Below, piece after piece: positions 26,077-40,097 of a stretch of DNA of 64,000 bases. The notes beneath the pieces were generated by a model. That model did no database searches. It saw nothing but the letters and a program-made list of their open reading frames with translations, and was not told the DNA's origin. Positions within the stretch are counted from its first letter, which is position 1; each line of letters starts with the position of its first letter. Position numbers and translations under genes: made by a program. Source of the stretch: Squalus acanthias. Its lineage: Eukaryota. The stretch spans positions 96,722,001 to 96,786,000 of the forward strand of contig CM059432.1 in assembly GCA_030390025.1 (NCBI GenBank), read 5' to 3'.

Positions 26077-27505
26077 AGCTGCTTCTGCCGCTTCCCTCCC
26101 TTTCCCTAGCCCACCACACCAAACTTCCTCTAAGGTTCCGCCCTGCCCTAGCCCTGAACTCACATCTTTCTTTAGTTTCTCTCCTATCTCCCCTCATTCA
26201 CTCTCCAAGCTCATCTTGTCCATGAGACCAACCTCCTGCTGCCTCGACCCTATTCCCATCAAACTGCTGACCACCCAACTTCCTTTCCTGGCTCCCATGT
26301 TAGCTGATATTGTCAACGGCTCTCTCTCCTCAGGTACTATCCCCATCTCTTTCAAATCTTCTGCCATCACCCCTCTCCTTAAAAAAAACAACCCTTGAGC
26401 GCTCCGTCCTTGCAAACTACCGTCCATCTCCAACTTCCCTTTGCTCTCCAAAGTCCATGAACGTGCCCCTACCACAGTAACGAAACGGCTCTTATCAAAG
26501 TCACAAATGGCATCCTATGCGTCTGTAAAAAAACGATCTCTCCTCGTCCTTCTCGACCTGTCTGCAGCCTTTGACATGGTTGACCACACCAGCCTCCTCT
26601 AACGTCTCTCTACTGTTGTCCAGCTGGGTGGGTCTGCCCTCGCCTGGTTCTATTCTTATCTATCCAGTTGTAGCCAGAGAATCACCTTCAATGGTTTCTG
26701 TTCCCGCTCCTGCATTGTTACCTCTTGTGTCCCCCAAGGATCTATCTTTGGCCCCCTCTTATTTCTTATCTACATGCTGCCCCTCGGCGACATCATTCAA
26801 AACACCACGTCAGTTTCCACATGTACGCTGAAGACACCCAGCTCTACCTCACTACCTCTCTCGATCCCTCCACTGTCTCTAAATTGTCCAGTACTGGATG
26901 AGCAGAAATTTCCTCCAACTAAATATTTTTTTCGGTCCCCGCCACACACTCTGTTCTCCAGTCACTGACTCCACCCCTCTCCCTGGCAACTGTCTGAGGC
27001 TGAAACAGAATGTTCGCAACCTTGGTCTCATATTTGATCCTGAGATGAGCTTCCAATCACATATCCACGCCATCACTAAGACCGCCTATTTCCACCTCCG
27101 TAAGGTCACTCGACTCCGCCATGCCTCAGCTCATCTGCTGCTGAAATCCTCATCCATGTCCTTTGTTACCTCTAGACTTGACTATTCCAACGCACTGCTG
27201 GCCGGCCTCCCACGTTCTACCCTCCGTAAACTTGAAGTCATCAAAAACTCTGTTACCCATGTCCTAACTTGCACCAAGTCCCATTCACCCAGCACCCCTG
27301 TGCTCGCTGACCTACATTGGCTGCTGGTTAAGCAATGCCTCAATTAAAAAATTCTCATCTTTGTTTTCAAATCTCTCCATGGCCTCGCCCCTCCCTATCC
27401 CTGTAATCTCCTCCAGTCCTACAACCCTCTGAGAAATCTGCGCTCCTCCAATTCTGGCTTCTTGAGCACCCCGATTTCAATCGTTCCACCATTGGTGGCT
27501 GTGCC
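26077..27505 (+). mobile_element. L2 LINE ORF2 fragment, degenerate
   Basis: TSCCLDPIPIKLL, VRNLGLIFDPEMSF and FVTSRLDYSNALLAGLP; same family as 14727-21261. Confidence 0.9.
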
Positions 27506-28654
27506 ATATAGAGGAAACCTACTGCTGTCAGCCAGCAAAATTGGGTGGCTCTGCAATGGGACACTCGTGCCAGAAATTGGAGGAGGTAGAACTAAAGTGG
27601 GCAGAGGTATCCTGAGGATTTTCTTGGACACTTTTATTAAGGTCTAGGAATCAACTGAGGACTATATAAAGTATGCAATGGGGCATAACAGAGGGGGTGG
27701 TAGCTACCACCAAGCCCACTCCCTCCAATTGAACCACCAGCTGCTTTCTCTGTATGTATCCTGACCCCTCTTCCACAATTTACTGGGGTCAACGATACTT
27801 CGGCAGGGAGTCAAGGAAATCAGTTGGCCATTTACGCGTGGTGGGGCGGTCAGGAGTTGGATGGCTGAGATCTCTGATTTGAGGGGGGCAAAGGTAGAAG
27901 GAAAATTTTCAGCAGTGGTTTTGCGGCAAGGAATTTGCGGTCAGCGGCGATGCGAAGGTGTCCGCCGCTGGTCCTCAAGTACGCTTCGCACAAAGATCTT
28001 ACGATCTCTGTGTCAAGAAGTTCGGATTTTCCGACGTTCGATTCAAATCAACGGAGTTTAGTGGGATCCCCTTGTGCGAGATGCTGTGACGTCAGCAAGC
28101 TGTCTAAGCAGCCAATCAAAAGGCAGAATTCTCACAGAAAGCGAAAAAGGAAGTGGGTAAGCTGTTAAAATTCTAAGGGGGAAAAATTTGGTTGGTTAGC
28201 GACTCTGGGGGGCGCTAACGGGGCGCTAATGACTTACTGCCCGAGCGCGGCGATTTTAGCACTGCCCGTGAAATTGACCTGGCACTTTGCGGTGGCGCTA
28301 AACACTACCGCCACGATCTCCTGCGCCCGGAGATCGTGACGTCATCAAAGCGTGCATCGCCCCGTTAGCGCCCTGGACCGGAAATTGACTCTCGCCCCTG
28401 CCTTAGCGCCTGCCACTAGGAACGACAGTTAGAGGGGGACGTTTTGCAGTCGGCTGGGAGCTGGGAAACGCTATTTAAAGGCGCGCGCTTCCTGCTTTTT
28501 CCTGTCGGCAAAATATTCTGCATACGCAGGTTGAGAGAGTGAAAGAGGCATCTAGAGACATTTAACGCTGTCCTACAAGGTATTTTGTTCCTCACCAACA
28601 TTTTACAGTTTCCCATTTCTGTCAGCTTTATTACTACCATATATAGAAGATTAA

Positions 28655-29801
28655 ATGGGGGCTGTACTAGCACGGGGCGTCGTCCTCCAGCTTCACCATC
28701 GGAGGCAGCAGAGGCGCAGAGAGAGAGAGTGGCAAACCTGGCCAGAGGGAGGAGGGCCAACAGGGCTCTGCACAGGAGACCTTACCCTCCCAGGTTATTC
28801 CGGGAGCAATTCTCCTACATTCATTTGTCCGAGGAGCAGTGTTTAGAAGGCTGCATTTCAGCAAGGAGGTGGTCACAGAGCTCTGCCACCTCCTGCAGCC
28901 AGAGCTGCAGCCTCAGCTCAGGATCAGGACGTCTCTGTCGGTGGCAGTGAAGGTGACGGTAGCTCTTGATTTCTATGCCAGCGGCTCCTTCCAGGCTTCA
29001 ACTAGGGATATTGCAAAAATCTCCCAGTTCGCCATCCATTGTTGCATCCGGGAGGTCACAAATGCTCTATACCAAAAGAGAAGGGAGTACGTCTCTTTCC
29101 CCATGACCCAAGACGAACAGCGTGAACGCGCATATGGCTTCGCTAGGATAGCGGGCTTCCCCATGGTTCAGGGTGCCATTGACTGCACGCATGTGGCATT
29201 GCGGGCACCTCATGAAAATGCAAAGGTTTTCTGCAACCGCAAAGGCTTCCACTCTCTCAACATCCAGTTGGTTTGCGACCACAGACAGCGCATCCTCGGC
29301 CACAATGCATTCACCCTGTGCCAGACTGGTGTCCCAAACCTCTTCCAACCACCGCATCACCCTCGTGGCTGGCTCCTCGGGGACAAGGGTTATCCACTCT
29401 TCACCTGGCTGATGACACTGCTCCGTAACCCCAACACTCTTGCTGAGCTCGCATACAATGAGAGCCATAGCGCCACCAGGAACCTCATTGAACAGACGAT
29501 CGGCATCTTGAAGTAACGGTTCCGGTGTCTTGACCACACTGGAGGAGCCCTGCAGTACTCCCCCAATCGAGTCTCGGTTTTCATTGTTGTGCGCTGCATG
29601 CTACACAACCTCGCAATTATGAGGACCCAGCCATTGCCACCAGGTATTGGAGCACCACCTCAGGAGGAGGAAGAGGGAGAGGAGGAGGCGGAGGCGGAGG
29701 ATGAAGAGGAGGATCAGCAGCAGCAACGTGGGAGGGAGGCGCTCAATGTTGCCTCTGCAAGGGCCGTTCGTGAATGCCTGATAAGACACCGCTTCAGATG
29801 A
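28655..29801 (+). pseudogene. HARBI1-like transposase, frameshifted
   Basis: Start MGAVLARG; motifs GAIDCTHV, WLLGDKGYP and IEQTIGILK; frameshifts near 28730 and 28845, stop at 29514; acidic tail ending LIRHRFR*. Confidence 0.92.
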
Positions 29802-30106
29802 ATGACAGAGAAGATGGCTTTTGGGATGAACAAGCACATCATCGCAAGCATCCCACAGCCCCTATTACCGGGCAAAGCACTAATGAGTAAAATTAGCAAA
29901 GTTGTCAAGTTTCAATAAAAATTTTAGTTTTTCTGACAAACTGTGTCTTATTAAGCACAATCAATAACAAACAAACACAACAATTCATTAACTACCAAAA
30001 CTGGTTCTTACCACAGCGAGATAAGTGTTAGCAGAGTGAACAATATATTAACATAAACATCCAACTTTGGGACAAACATTCCCCCCATTTGTTTGAGAAT
30101 TTTTAG

Positions 30107-32010
30107 TTATTCGCCCTTCGAGGTTGATCTCCCTCCCCTTTGTACTTCCCCCCTTCCCACCCTACTGCTCCTCCGTAATGGGGCCCCAGTGGCTGCAGCA
30201 AGGCTGGTGGAAGGCTGCTGAATCTCAGATCCAGAGACTGCAGATGGCCTTGAAGGACGCCCTCGACCAGTTCTGGGCCTGGAGGGCCCAGCTGCAGACT
30301 GCACCAACTCTGCATGGGCGGCAGCAGTCTGGGCTGGCTGGGTTACAGGTTGTGGCAAGTGCAATGGCAGAGTGGCAGTGTTGGCAGCAGGAATGCTGTC
30401 ATCCTGAGAGAGGGCAGCACCTTCCTGTTCGACTGACACACTGCCACTCCCCCGGGGCAGAACCTCAGCATCCAGAGCAATCTGCTCGAGCACAGATTGC
30501 TGGCCTGCTGCGGCACCGTGAGATCCCCGGTGTACTGTGGACGACCCAGCGATGATGGCAGCAGTCAGTGCTTCCGTGGCATCAATCTGAGACTGCATGA
30601 GAGCAGTCTGAGACTGGATGGCATAAACCAATGACTCGATTGCAGCACTAAGTTGCCTCGGCCTGTGCTGCAATAGATGCTGTCACCTCACCCATTACAT
30701 GCAGCACGTGGTCTGAGTCCACACGGTCTCTCTGCAGTTCAACCATCCTCTGCAACAAGGCAAGGATGGGTTTAAGGATTTGCACACAGATGACAGCTAT
30801 GCTGGCGGTGGACTCCGCCACGCTCCTAGCCAGTGCATCCATGCTGTTGGGTACCCTTGCCATTGCACCCATGAGCTCCGTATGCATGCTCATTGCCTGA
30901 GTATTCATCGCCGCTATATCGAGGTCCTCATCCGAGTCCTGTGCAGCAGAACTTGTGCGCGCACTCACCCTCCGGGGAGATGGCTCCCGAGCTTCCCTTC
31001 CCCCATGGCGTTGCTGCAGCCTGCTGGGTCCTGGAGCTTCACCCAGATCAGATCCAAGCCCCCTGCTCCCCTCCAGTGAACGCGTGGCCCCAGTGTCGGA
31101 TGTCTCGCCCTCAGGAGACGCAGGTAGTGAGTCGCGGGCTTCGTCTTCCTCCTCCTTTCCCGCATCGCTGCCACTGGGAGGCTGAGGGACAGGCTGGTCA
31201 GATGGTAGCTCACTATCTGAAAGCAGGAAGGTACAAGAGTGGCTTTACTGTGAGGGCAGGGGGACAGGAAGGGAGCAAGGAATGGAGTCAGTCTTGTTCG
31301 ATGGAAAGTGGGAAAGGCTGGTGTTGTGAGGGGGAAGTGATATGAGAGAGAAGATAAAGCTGATGAACATACCGTTGCTGTCCCCAAGGGGGTCGACCTC
31401 TCCAACGGCCACAGCGCCGACAACATGACTGGCAATGAGTCTGTGGACTCACTCCTCCAGTTGTGTGAAGGGGTGCAGCTCCGCCTGTCCTCCTCCTGTG
31501 TGTTGTTGTGCTCTCCGAATATGTGAAAGCTTGGCCTGCAAGAAAAAGGACAGCGTCTGAGTGAGTGTGCAGCCATGTGTTTGGCAGATGTGCCTACCAT
31601 AGTTGAATAGTTGTTAATGTCTGCAAGGTGTGGGATGTGCATGTGACTTTTATTAGATGGGCATAGTTGTTGGGTGAGTGTTGGAGATTTGGGAATTTAC
31701 ACCGTCTGTACACAGAGTGAGGTTGAGATGGTGGGCTGGAGAGGTTTTTCAAGCATGTACTCACTCTGACCACCCGAGTGAGGTCATTGAACTTATTGCA
31801 GCACTGCATATGAGTCCTTTGGACCAGGCTCCTGGATGAAATGTGGTGGGCAACCTCCCTCCACACCCTTGTAAACTCCCGGGGCAACGGCCTCCTGCCA
31901 GCCTCTGGGAGCAGCACTGCCCGTTGGCGTTCCACAGCGCCAACCAGAGCCACCAATGCCTGGTTGCTAAACCGGCGAGCTCTCTCCCTGGGCCTCTGAG
32001 TAGCCATCAT
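30107..32010 (-). pseudogene. Harbinger Myb/SANT-like gene, 3 exons, frameshifted
   Basis: RARRFSNQALVALVGAVERQRAVLL...WREVAHHI...CCNKFNDLTRVVR; exon 3 is homologous to 18048-19024 but has frameshifts. Confidence 0.85.
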
Positions 32011-32345
32011 GAATCTTTGCTGAAGCTTTTTACCTACTTGCAGGCCGAGGTCAAATGCTACCATGAGCAGGATGTGGCTGTGCAGCAAGATTGACCCTCC
32101 CCTTTAAGAACTGGACGGCGCCAGTCTGTCTGAGTACAAGGTGATTGACATTGCCTGAGCTTGAGTAGCGCTCTGAGGTAGCGCCTCGTTCCCCAACGTT
32201 AGCGCCCTAAGAGAGGTGTGTAGCGCTTGATTTAGCGCTCCAATCACCTCCGGGGGCGCTGGAGACAAATTTTGCAGTCGGCGGTGATAATTTGCACTGG
32301 GCGCTAAAATTTGTGCCTGGCCGATATTAGTGCCCCAAAAATGGG

Positions 32346-33934
32346 ACTGAAAGCTGATAAATCCCCAGGGCCTGATAATCTGCATCCCAGAGTACTAAAA
32401 GAGGTAGCCATGGAAATAGTGGATGCATTGGTTGTCCAAAATTCTATAGATTATGCAACAGTTCCTGCAGATTGGAGGGTGGCAAATGTAACCCCACTAT
32501 TTAAAAAAGGAGGGAGAGAGAAAACAGGGAACTAGAGACCGGTTAGCCTAACATCAGTAGTAGGGAAAATGCTAGAGTCTATTATAAAGGATGTGATAAC
32601 AGGACACTTAGAAAATATCAACGGGATTAGACAAAGTCAACATGGATTTATGAAAGGGTAATCGTGTTTGACAAACCTACTGGAGTTTTTTGAGGATGTA
32701 ACTGATAGAATAGATAAGGGAGAACCAGTGGATGTGGTGTATTTGGATTTTCAGAAGGCCTTTGATAAAGTCCCACATAAAAGGTTAGTGTGCAAAATCA
32801 AAGCACATGGGATTGGGGGTAATATACTGGCATGCATTGAAAATTGGTTAACAGACAGGAAACAGAGAGTAGGAATAAATGGGTCTTTTTCGGGGTGGCA
32901 GGCGATGACTAGTGGGGTACCGCAGGGATCAGTGCTTGGGCCCCAGCCAATCACAATATATATCAATGATTTGGATGAGGAAACCAAATATAATATTTCC
33001 AAGTTTGTTGACGACACGAAACTAGGTGGGATTGTGAGTTGTGAGGAGGATGCAAAGAGGCTTCAAGGTGATTTAGACAAGTTGAGTGAGTGGGCAAATA
33101 TATGGCAGATGCAGTATAACGTGGATAAATGTGAAGTTATCCACTTTGGTAGGAAAAACAGAAAGGTAGAGTATTATTTAAATGGTGATAGATTGGGAAA
33201 TGCTGATGTACAAAGGGACCTGGGTGTCCTTGTACACCAGTCACTGAAAGCAAACATGCAGGTGCAGCAAGCAGTTGGGAAGGCAAATGGTATGTTGGCC
33301 TTCATTGCAAGAGGATTTGAGTACAGGAGCAAGGATGTCTTACTACAGTTGTACAGGGCCTTGGTGAGACCACACCTGGAGTACTGTGTACAGTTTTGGT
33401 CTCCTTACCTAAGAAAGGATATACTTGCCATAGAGGGAGTGCAGCAAAGTTTCACCAGACTGATTCCTGGGATGGCAGGACTGTCATATGAGGAGAGATT
33501 GGGTCGACTCGGCCTGTATTCACTAGAGTTTAGAAGAATGAGAGGGGATCTCATTGAAATGTATAAAATTCTGACAGTGCAAGACAGACTGGATGCAGGG
33601 AGGATGTTTCCACTGGCTGGGGGTCTAGAACGAGGGATCACAGTCTCAGGATACGGGGTAGGACATTTAGGACTGAGATGAGGAGAAATTTCTTCACTCA
33701 GATGGTGGTGAACCTGTGGAATTCTCTACCACAGAAGGCTGTGGATGCCAAGTCACCGAATATATTTAAGAAGGAGATAGATAGATTTCTAGACACAAAA
33801 GGCATCAAGGGGTATGGGGAGAAAGCGGGAATATGGTATTGAGATAGAGGATCAGCCATGATCATATTGAATGGCGGAGCAGGCTCGAAGGGCCGAATGG
33901 CCTACTCCTGCTCCTATTTTTTTTATATGTTTCT
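32346..33934 (+). mobile_element. CR1 LINE, 5'-truncated (RT region)
   Basis: ORF 32668-33681 with [23 protein letters not shown] and KFVDDTKL; apparent TSD AAAATGGG at 32338-32345 and 33935-33942. Confidence 0.95.
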
Positions 33935-36900
33935 AAAATGGGCGATACCAAATTTTCCCCCCTAACTTTATAAAAATATTAGAGAGAGCAAAACAAAGAT
34001 TGGAGTTCTCACATGGTGAAAAGGCAAACCTGAAAGAAAGATGAACAAACTTTAAAAAAAATTAAATCTTTTCCAAAAAATTCTCAGAAATTTTAATTTT
34101 TTTTTTAAATGGATAAATTTTACACTGTACAAAATTAAAATTGGTTTTTCAGGCCCATAACCTTTGTTTAGCAGTCAATATGCTGTTAAAACCCCAGTTA
34201 CACCTAATCTCCTTGGGTCTAACTTTTAGTGGGGAATTTAACAATGTAATTGCTGCGGAAGAGCCGATGATTTTGTCAGTTTCCCTGATTTGGATGATTT
34301 CACTGATTGCCAGCTCTGTGTGGGGTGGGGCAGGGTGGTGGGTGGGGTGAGGGAGGGAGAGCACAGCACAGCCTGTGGAGGAGCAGTGAATGACAGACCG
34401 CAACTTCAGGATTTCCGCATGCGCCTGCGCCAAATCCCGAAGTTCTGGTCAGTTTCAAAGGTGGAATGACGACGAACGTCAGCAGTTCGCCATCATCCGG
34501 AATGCAAATTCCGGGCCTTTGTTTATGCATGTAAATGGAATTTTCATTGCCCTTCCGGTAAAGTTATGATGGTGAAGCGGGATCAGCTCCGCAGAAATTC
34601 CCGGCTACGTCATTTCCAGCAGTAATGGTGATGTGGAGATTAGGAGCAAATATCCGAGCTTTTCTTGCTCGAGGGTGCTGAGGCGAACTGTAGTTATCCC
34701 AACCACGATCAGCTGACTGATAGGATGTCAACTTTCTGGGATTATCTCCTCTATGTTGGCATAAATTATAATTGGAGTATAGTAAAAAAAAACGAGAGTG
34801 AGAGTGACAAAAAAAAATTATAGTCTGATATCTTGCAGAGACATTAGTCATTGCCAAGTGCAATGTCATCATCCAGTATGATGCAGTTTCAGCTCACCAA
34901 ACATGTGCTGTGCAATTTAGAAATCATCAATATTCTGTTGCGGACTGGAAGCAAAAGGAACCTAAATAGACAAATATATAATAGCCATTATAGAAACATA
35001 GAAACATAGAAACATAGAAGATAGGAGCAGGAGCAGGCCATTCGGCCCCTCGAGCCTGCTCCGCCATTCAATGCAATCATGTCTGATCATCCAAATTCAG
35101 TACCCTGTCCCTGCTTTTTCCCCATATCCCTTGATCCCCGTAGCCTTAAGAAATATATTAACTCCTTCTTGAATATATTTAATGAATTGGACTCAACTGT
35201 CTTCTGTGGTATGAATTCCACAGGTTCACCACTCTCTGGGTGAAGAAATTCCTCCTCATCTCAGTCCTAAATGGCTTACCCCTTATCCTTAGACTGTGAC
35301 CCCTGGTCCTGGACTACCCCGCCATCGGGAACATCCTTCCTGCATCTAATCTGTCTAGTCCTGTTAGAATTTTATAAGTTTCAATGAGATACCCTCTCAT
35401 TCTTCTAAACTCTAGCGAATACAAGCCCAATCGACCCAATCACTCTTCCTACATCATTCCTGCCATCCCAGGTATCAGTCTGGTGAATCTTCGCTGCACT
35501 CCCTCCATGGCAAGAACATCCTTCCTCAGAAAAGGCCACCAAAACTGCACACAATACTCAAGGTGTGGTCTCACCAAAGCCCTGTACAACTGCAGCAAAA
35601 CCTCCTTGCTCCTGTACTCGAATCCTCTCGCTATGAAGGCCAACATACCATTTGCCTTCTTAACCGCCTGCTGCACCTGCATGCTTACCTTCAGCGACTG
35701 GTGCACAACGACACCCAGGTCTCGTTGCACTTCCCCTTTTCCTAATCTATTGCCGTTTAGATAATAATCTGCCTTCCTGTTTTTGCCACCAAAGTGGATA
35801 ACCTCGCATTTATCCACATTATACTGCATCTGCCATGCTTCTGCCCAATCACCCAACCTGTCCAAATCATACTGGAGTTTCTCGGCATCCTCCTCACAGC
35901 ACACATGCCCACCCAGCTTTGTGTCATTTGCAAACTTGGAGATATTACATCTAGTTCCCTTGTCTAGATCATTAATAGATATATTGTGAATAACTGGGGT
36001 CCTAGCACCGATCCCTGCGGTACCCCACTAGTCACTGCCTGCCACTCGGAAAAAGACCCGTTTATTCCAACTCTTTGCTTCCTGTCTGCCAATCAGTTTT
36101 CTATCCAAGTCAGTACCTTACCCCCAATCCCATGTGCTTTAACTTTGCCCGCTAATCTCTCATGCGGGACCTTAGCGAAAGCCTTCTGAAAGTCCAAATA
36201 CACCACATCCACTGGTTCTCCCTTATCTATTCTACCAGTTACATCCTCAAAAAATTCCAGTAGATTAGTCAAGCTTGATTTACCTTTTGTAAATCCATGT
36301 TGACTTTGTCTGATCCTGTCAATGTTTTCCAAGTGCTCTGCTATTACATCTTTTATAATGGACTCTAGCATTTTCCCCACTACCGATGTTAGGCTTACCG
36401 TTCTATAATTCCCCGTTTTCTCTCTACCACCTTTTTTAAATAGTGGGGTTACATTAGCCACCCTCCAATCCATGGGAACTGTTCCAGAGTCTATAGAATT
36501 TTGGAAGATGACCAGCAATGCATCTACTATTTCTAGGGCCACTTCCTTAAGTACCCTAGGATGTAGATTATCAGGTCCTGGGGATTTATCGGCCTTCAAT
36601 CCCGTCAATTTCCTGAACACCATTTCCCTACAAATACTGATTTAATTCAGTTCCTCCCTCTTATTAGACCCTATGTTCCCCGACATCTCTGGGAGGTTAT
36701 TTGTGTCCTCATTTGTGAAGACAGAACCAAAGTATGTATTTAATTGGTCTGCCATTTCTTTGTTCCCCATTATTAATTCCCCTGATTCTGACTGCAAGGG
36801 ACCTATGCTTGACTTCACCAATCTTTTTCTCTTGACATATCTATAGAAGCTTTTACAGTCAAAATCAATTTTCTCCCTCTTAATTAATCCCTTTGTCCTC

Positions 36901-38200
36901 CTTTGCTGAATCCTAAACTGCTCTCAATCCTCAGGTTTGCTGCTTTTTCTGGCCAATTTATACGTCCTCTCCTTGGATCTTATGTTATCCCTAATTTCCC
37001 TTGTTAGCCACGGTTGAGTCACCCTCTTTGTTTTATTTTTATGCCAAACAGGGATGAACAAATTCTGTAGTTCATCCATGCGATCTTTAAATGTTTGCCA
37101 TTGCCTATCCACCGTCAACCCTTTAAGTAACGTTCTCCAATCCATCCTAGCCAACTCGCGCCTCATACCATCATAGTTTCCTTTATTTAAACTCAGGACC
37201 CTAGTCTCTGAGTCAACTACTTCACTCTCCATCTTAATGAAGAATTCTATCATATTATGATCACTTCTCCCCAAGGGGCCTCGCACAACAAGATTGCTAA
37301 TTAATCCTTTCTCATTACATAATACCCATTCTAAGATGGCCTGATCTCTAGTTGGTTCCTCGACATATTGGTCCAGGAAACCATCCCATATACACTCTAG
37401 GAATTCCTCCTCCACAGTATTGTTACTAATTTGGTTAGCCCAATCTATATGTAGATTAAAGTCACCCATGATAACTGCTGTGCCCTTATTGCATGCGTCT
37501 CTAATTTCCCATTTAATGCCATCCCCAATCTTAGCATTACTGTTTGGGGGTCTGTATACAACTCCCACTAACGCTTTCTGCCCCTTGGTATTTCTCAGCT
37601 CTACCCATACAGATTCCACATCATCAGAGCTAATATCCTTCCTTACTATTGTGTTAATCTCCTCTTTAACCAGCAATGCTACCGCACCTCCTTTTCCTTT
37701 TTGCCTGTCCTTCCTGAATATTGAATACTCCTGGATGTTGAATTCCCAGCCTTGGTCATCCTGGAGCCATGTCTTCGTAATCCCAATTATAACATATCCG
37801 TTTACATCTATTTGCGCAGCTTATTCATCCACCTTATTATGAATGCTCCTCGCATTAAGATACAAAGCCTTCAGGCTTGTTTTTTTAACACTCTTAGACC
37901 TTTTAGAATTATTGTTTACTGTGGCCATATTTGATTTCCACCCTTGAATTCTCTGACTTCCACTTTTGCTTTTCTCCTTCCTGTCTTTTTCTTCTATCCT
38001 TGCTTCCCTTTCCTCTGTCTCCCTGCACAGGTTCCCAACCCCCTGCCATTTTAGTTTAAACCCTCCCCAACAGCACTAGCAAACACTCGCCCTAGGACAT
38101 CGGTCCCAGCCCTGCCCAGGTGCAAACCGTCCAGTTTGTACTGGTCCCACCTCCCCCAGAACCGGTTCCAATGTCCCAGGAATTTGAATTCCTCCCCCTT

Positions 38201-39000
38201 TCACCATTCTTCTAGCCACGTATTCATCTGAAATATCCTTCTATTTCTACTCTGACTAGTACGTGGCACTGGTAGCAGTCCTGAGATTACTACCTTTGAG
38301 GTCCTATTTTTTAATTTACCTCCTAACTCCCTATCTTCAGCTTTTAGGACCACATCCCGTTTTTGACTTATATTTTTGGTACCTATATACACCATGACAA
38401 CTGGCTGTTCACCCTCCCCCTCCAGAATGCCCTGCAGCCGCTCCGAGACATCCTTGACCTTGCACCAGGGAGGCAACATACCATCCTGGAGTCTCGTTTG
38501 CGGCCGCAGAAACGCCTATCTATTCCCCTTACAGTAGAATCCCCTGTCACTATAGCTCTCCTGCTCTTTTTCCTCCCCTCCTGTGCAGCAGAACCACCCA
38601 TGGTGCCAGGAAGTTGGTTGCTGCTGCCTTCCCCCGATAAGCCATCCCCCTCAACAATATCCAAAGTGGTATATCTGTTTGAGAGAGGGATGGCCACAGG
38701 GGACTCCTGCACTACCTGCCTGTGCCTACTACTCTGCCTGGTGGTCACCCATTCCCTTCCTGCCTGTGCAGCCTTTACCTGCGGTGTGACCAACTCATTA
38801 AACGTGATATCCACGATGTCCTCAGCATCGTGAATGCTCCAGTATGCATCCATTCGCAGCTCCAGTGCTGCAATGCGGTCTGCCAGTAGCTGCAGCTGGA
38901 TACACTTCCTGCACACATGGTCATCAGGGACACAGGAAGTGTCCCTGATTTCCCACATAGTGCAGGAGGAGCATGCCACGGGGCTGAGCTGTGCTGCCAT
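38201..39000 (-). pseudogene. CR1 ORF1 (zinc finger/leucine zipper + SGNH esterase-like domain), frameshifted
   Basis: CSSCTMWE...CRKCIQLQLLADRIAALE, PLSNRY, GDSTVRGIDRRFC, VCCLPGA and VVISGLLPVP. Confidence 0.88.
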
Positions 39001-39314
39001 GACTTACCCTTTAATTAATTTAATTTAAATTAAATCAAATCAATATCACCAATTACACTACAATTAAATGTTATACTCAAGGGCCCTTGTTTATTAGCAC
39101 TCCCCGCTACACAACAGAGACCTTAGAAACTATAACCACAAAAATTAAGACCTTCTAAACTTTATAAACTATTAACCTTAACTGTCAAACTATGGAGTAG
39201 TATAAATACTCACCTGGCCGTACTCACCCAATCAGCTGCTTCCTCTTGCCCACGTCACTTTTTGAATCGTGACATGGCTCTGGAACGCCGCCGCCGGTCT
39301 GCGAGATTGGTAAG

Positions 39315-39772
39315 CCTCTGTAAAAAAGCCCGCGAAAGTGAGTTTAAGTACTCACTGAACTGTCGCTCTCTGTTCCTCCCGACTCCGGCCTCTGTAAAAA
39401 AGCCCACGAAAGTGAGTTTAAGTACTCACTGACCCGCCGCTCTCTGCTCCTCCCAACTCTGGCCTCTGTAAAAAAAGCCCACGAAAGTGAGTGACATAAG
39501 AAAACTGCTAGGCACTTGGTCTAGGCGTTAAACAAAGCTTTAATCAACTGTTTTACAACATGGAGGTCTAGTTGTGTCCTTCCCTTGTTCCTGTTAAAGA
39601 ATGTCCTGAGCAAGCTGGGCCCATGCCCGAGTATTTATACTCTCCCTGTACAGCGCCACCAGCAGGCCACCCAGTATTATTTCATAAGTAATTTCCACAT
39701 GAATGACAAGATTCATGTCAGTGAGTTTAAGTACTCACTGAACCGCCGCTCTCTGCTCCTCCCGACTCCGGC
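39315..39772. repeat. About 74-bp tandem repeat (about 3 units) at the CR1 5' end; third unit split by a solo LTR
   Basis: Unit CCTCTGTAAAAAAGCCCRCGAAAGTGAGTTTAAGTACTCACTGA...CTCCCGACTCCGG starts near 39315, 39389 and 39463 and resumes at 39721. Confidence 0.85.
39492..39720 (-). mobile_element. Short solo LTR (229 bp)
   Basis: TGACAT...ATGTCA termini, 5-bp TSD GTGAG; TATAAATA and ATTAAA on the minus strand. Confidence 0.8.
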
Positions 39773-40097
39773 CATATACCTTATTACTTCAGAATGAGTC
39801 TAACCGCTCCTGCAGCATCCTAATCATTATAAATTAAAGCTTTCGACTGGACTCAATTGCTATCATTTATATGGTTTCTGAAAAAAGACACAGAAAGATG
39901 GTGACCTGCAAACACAAATGAATAAACTAAATAAATGGGTATTATTTCCTAAGAGACAATTTGAAAATGAACTCAAGAACAATTTTAACTACCATAACCA
40001 TTTTGATTAATAATTTAAAATACTAATTCAAGAACTATAGAAAACCAATTTTGTAAGAAGGTTATTTCATACTGGCAGAAAAGTCAGTAACCACCAA

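Larger units (their letters stand above)
28177..33962 (+). mobile_element. PIF/Harbinger family A copy 2, with a CR1 inserted just inside the right TIR
   Basis: TIRs GGGGGAAAAATTTGGT / ACCAAATTTTCCCCCC, TSD TAA; same two-gene convergent layout as copy 1. Confidence 0.93.
27925..34517. mobile_element. Harbinger-type MITE (about 0.8 kb when empty) hosting family A copy 2
   Basis: TIRs GGCAAGGAATTTGC / GCAAATTCCGGGCC; ends uncertain by 1 bp (TTG flanks if 27924-34518). Confidence 0.65.
34990..39775 (-). mobile_element. Near full-length CR1 LINE (5' UTR, ORF1, ORF2, TTTCTATG-repeat tail)
   Basis: (CATAGAAA)n tail at 34990-35020; endonuclease (GVVYRPP, MGDFNL, GRSDHNMI) and RT peptides about 35100-37900; ORF1 upstream. 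Confidence 0.95.
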
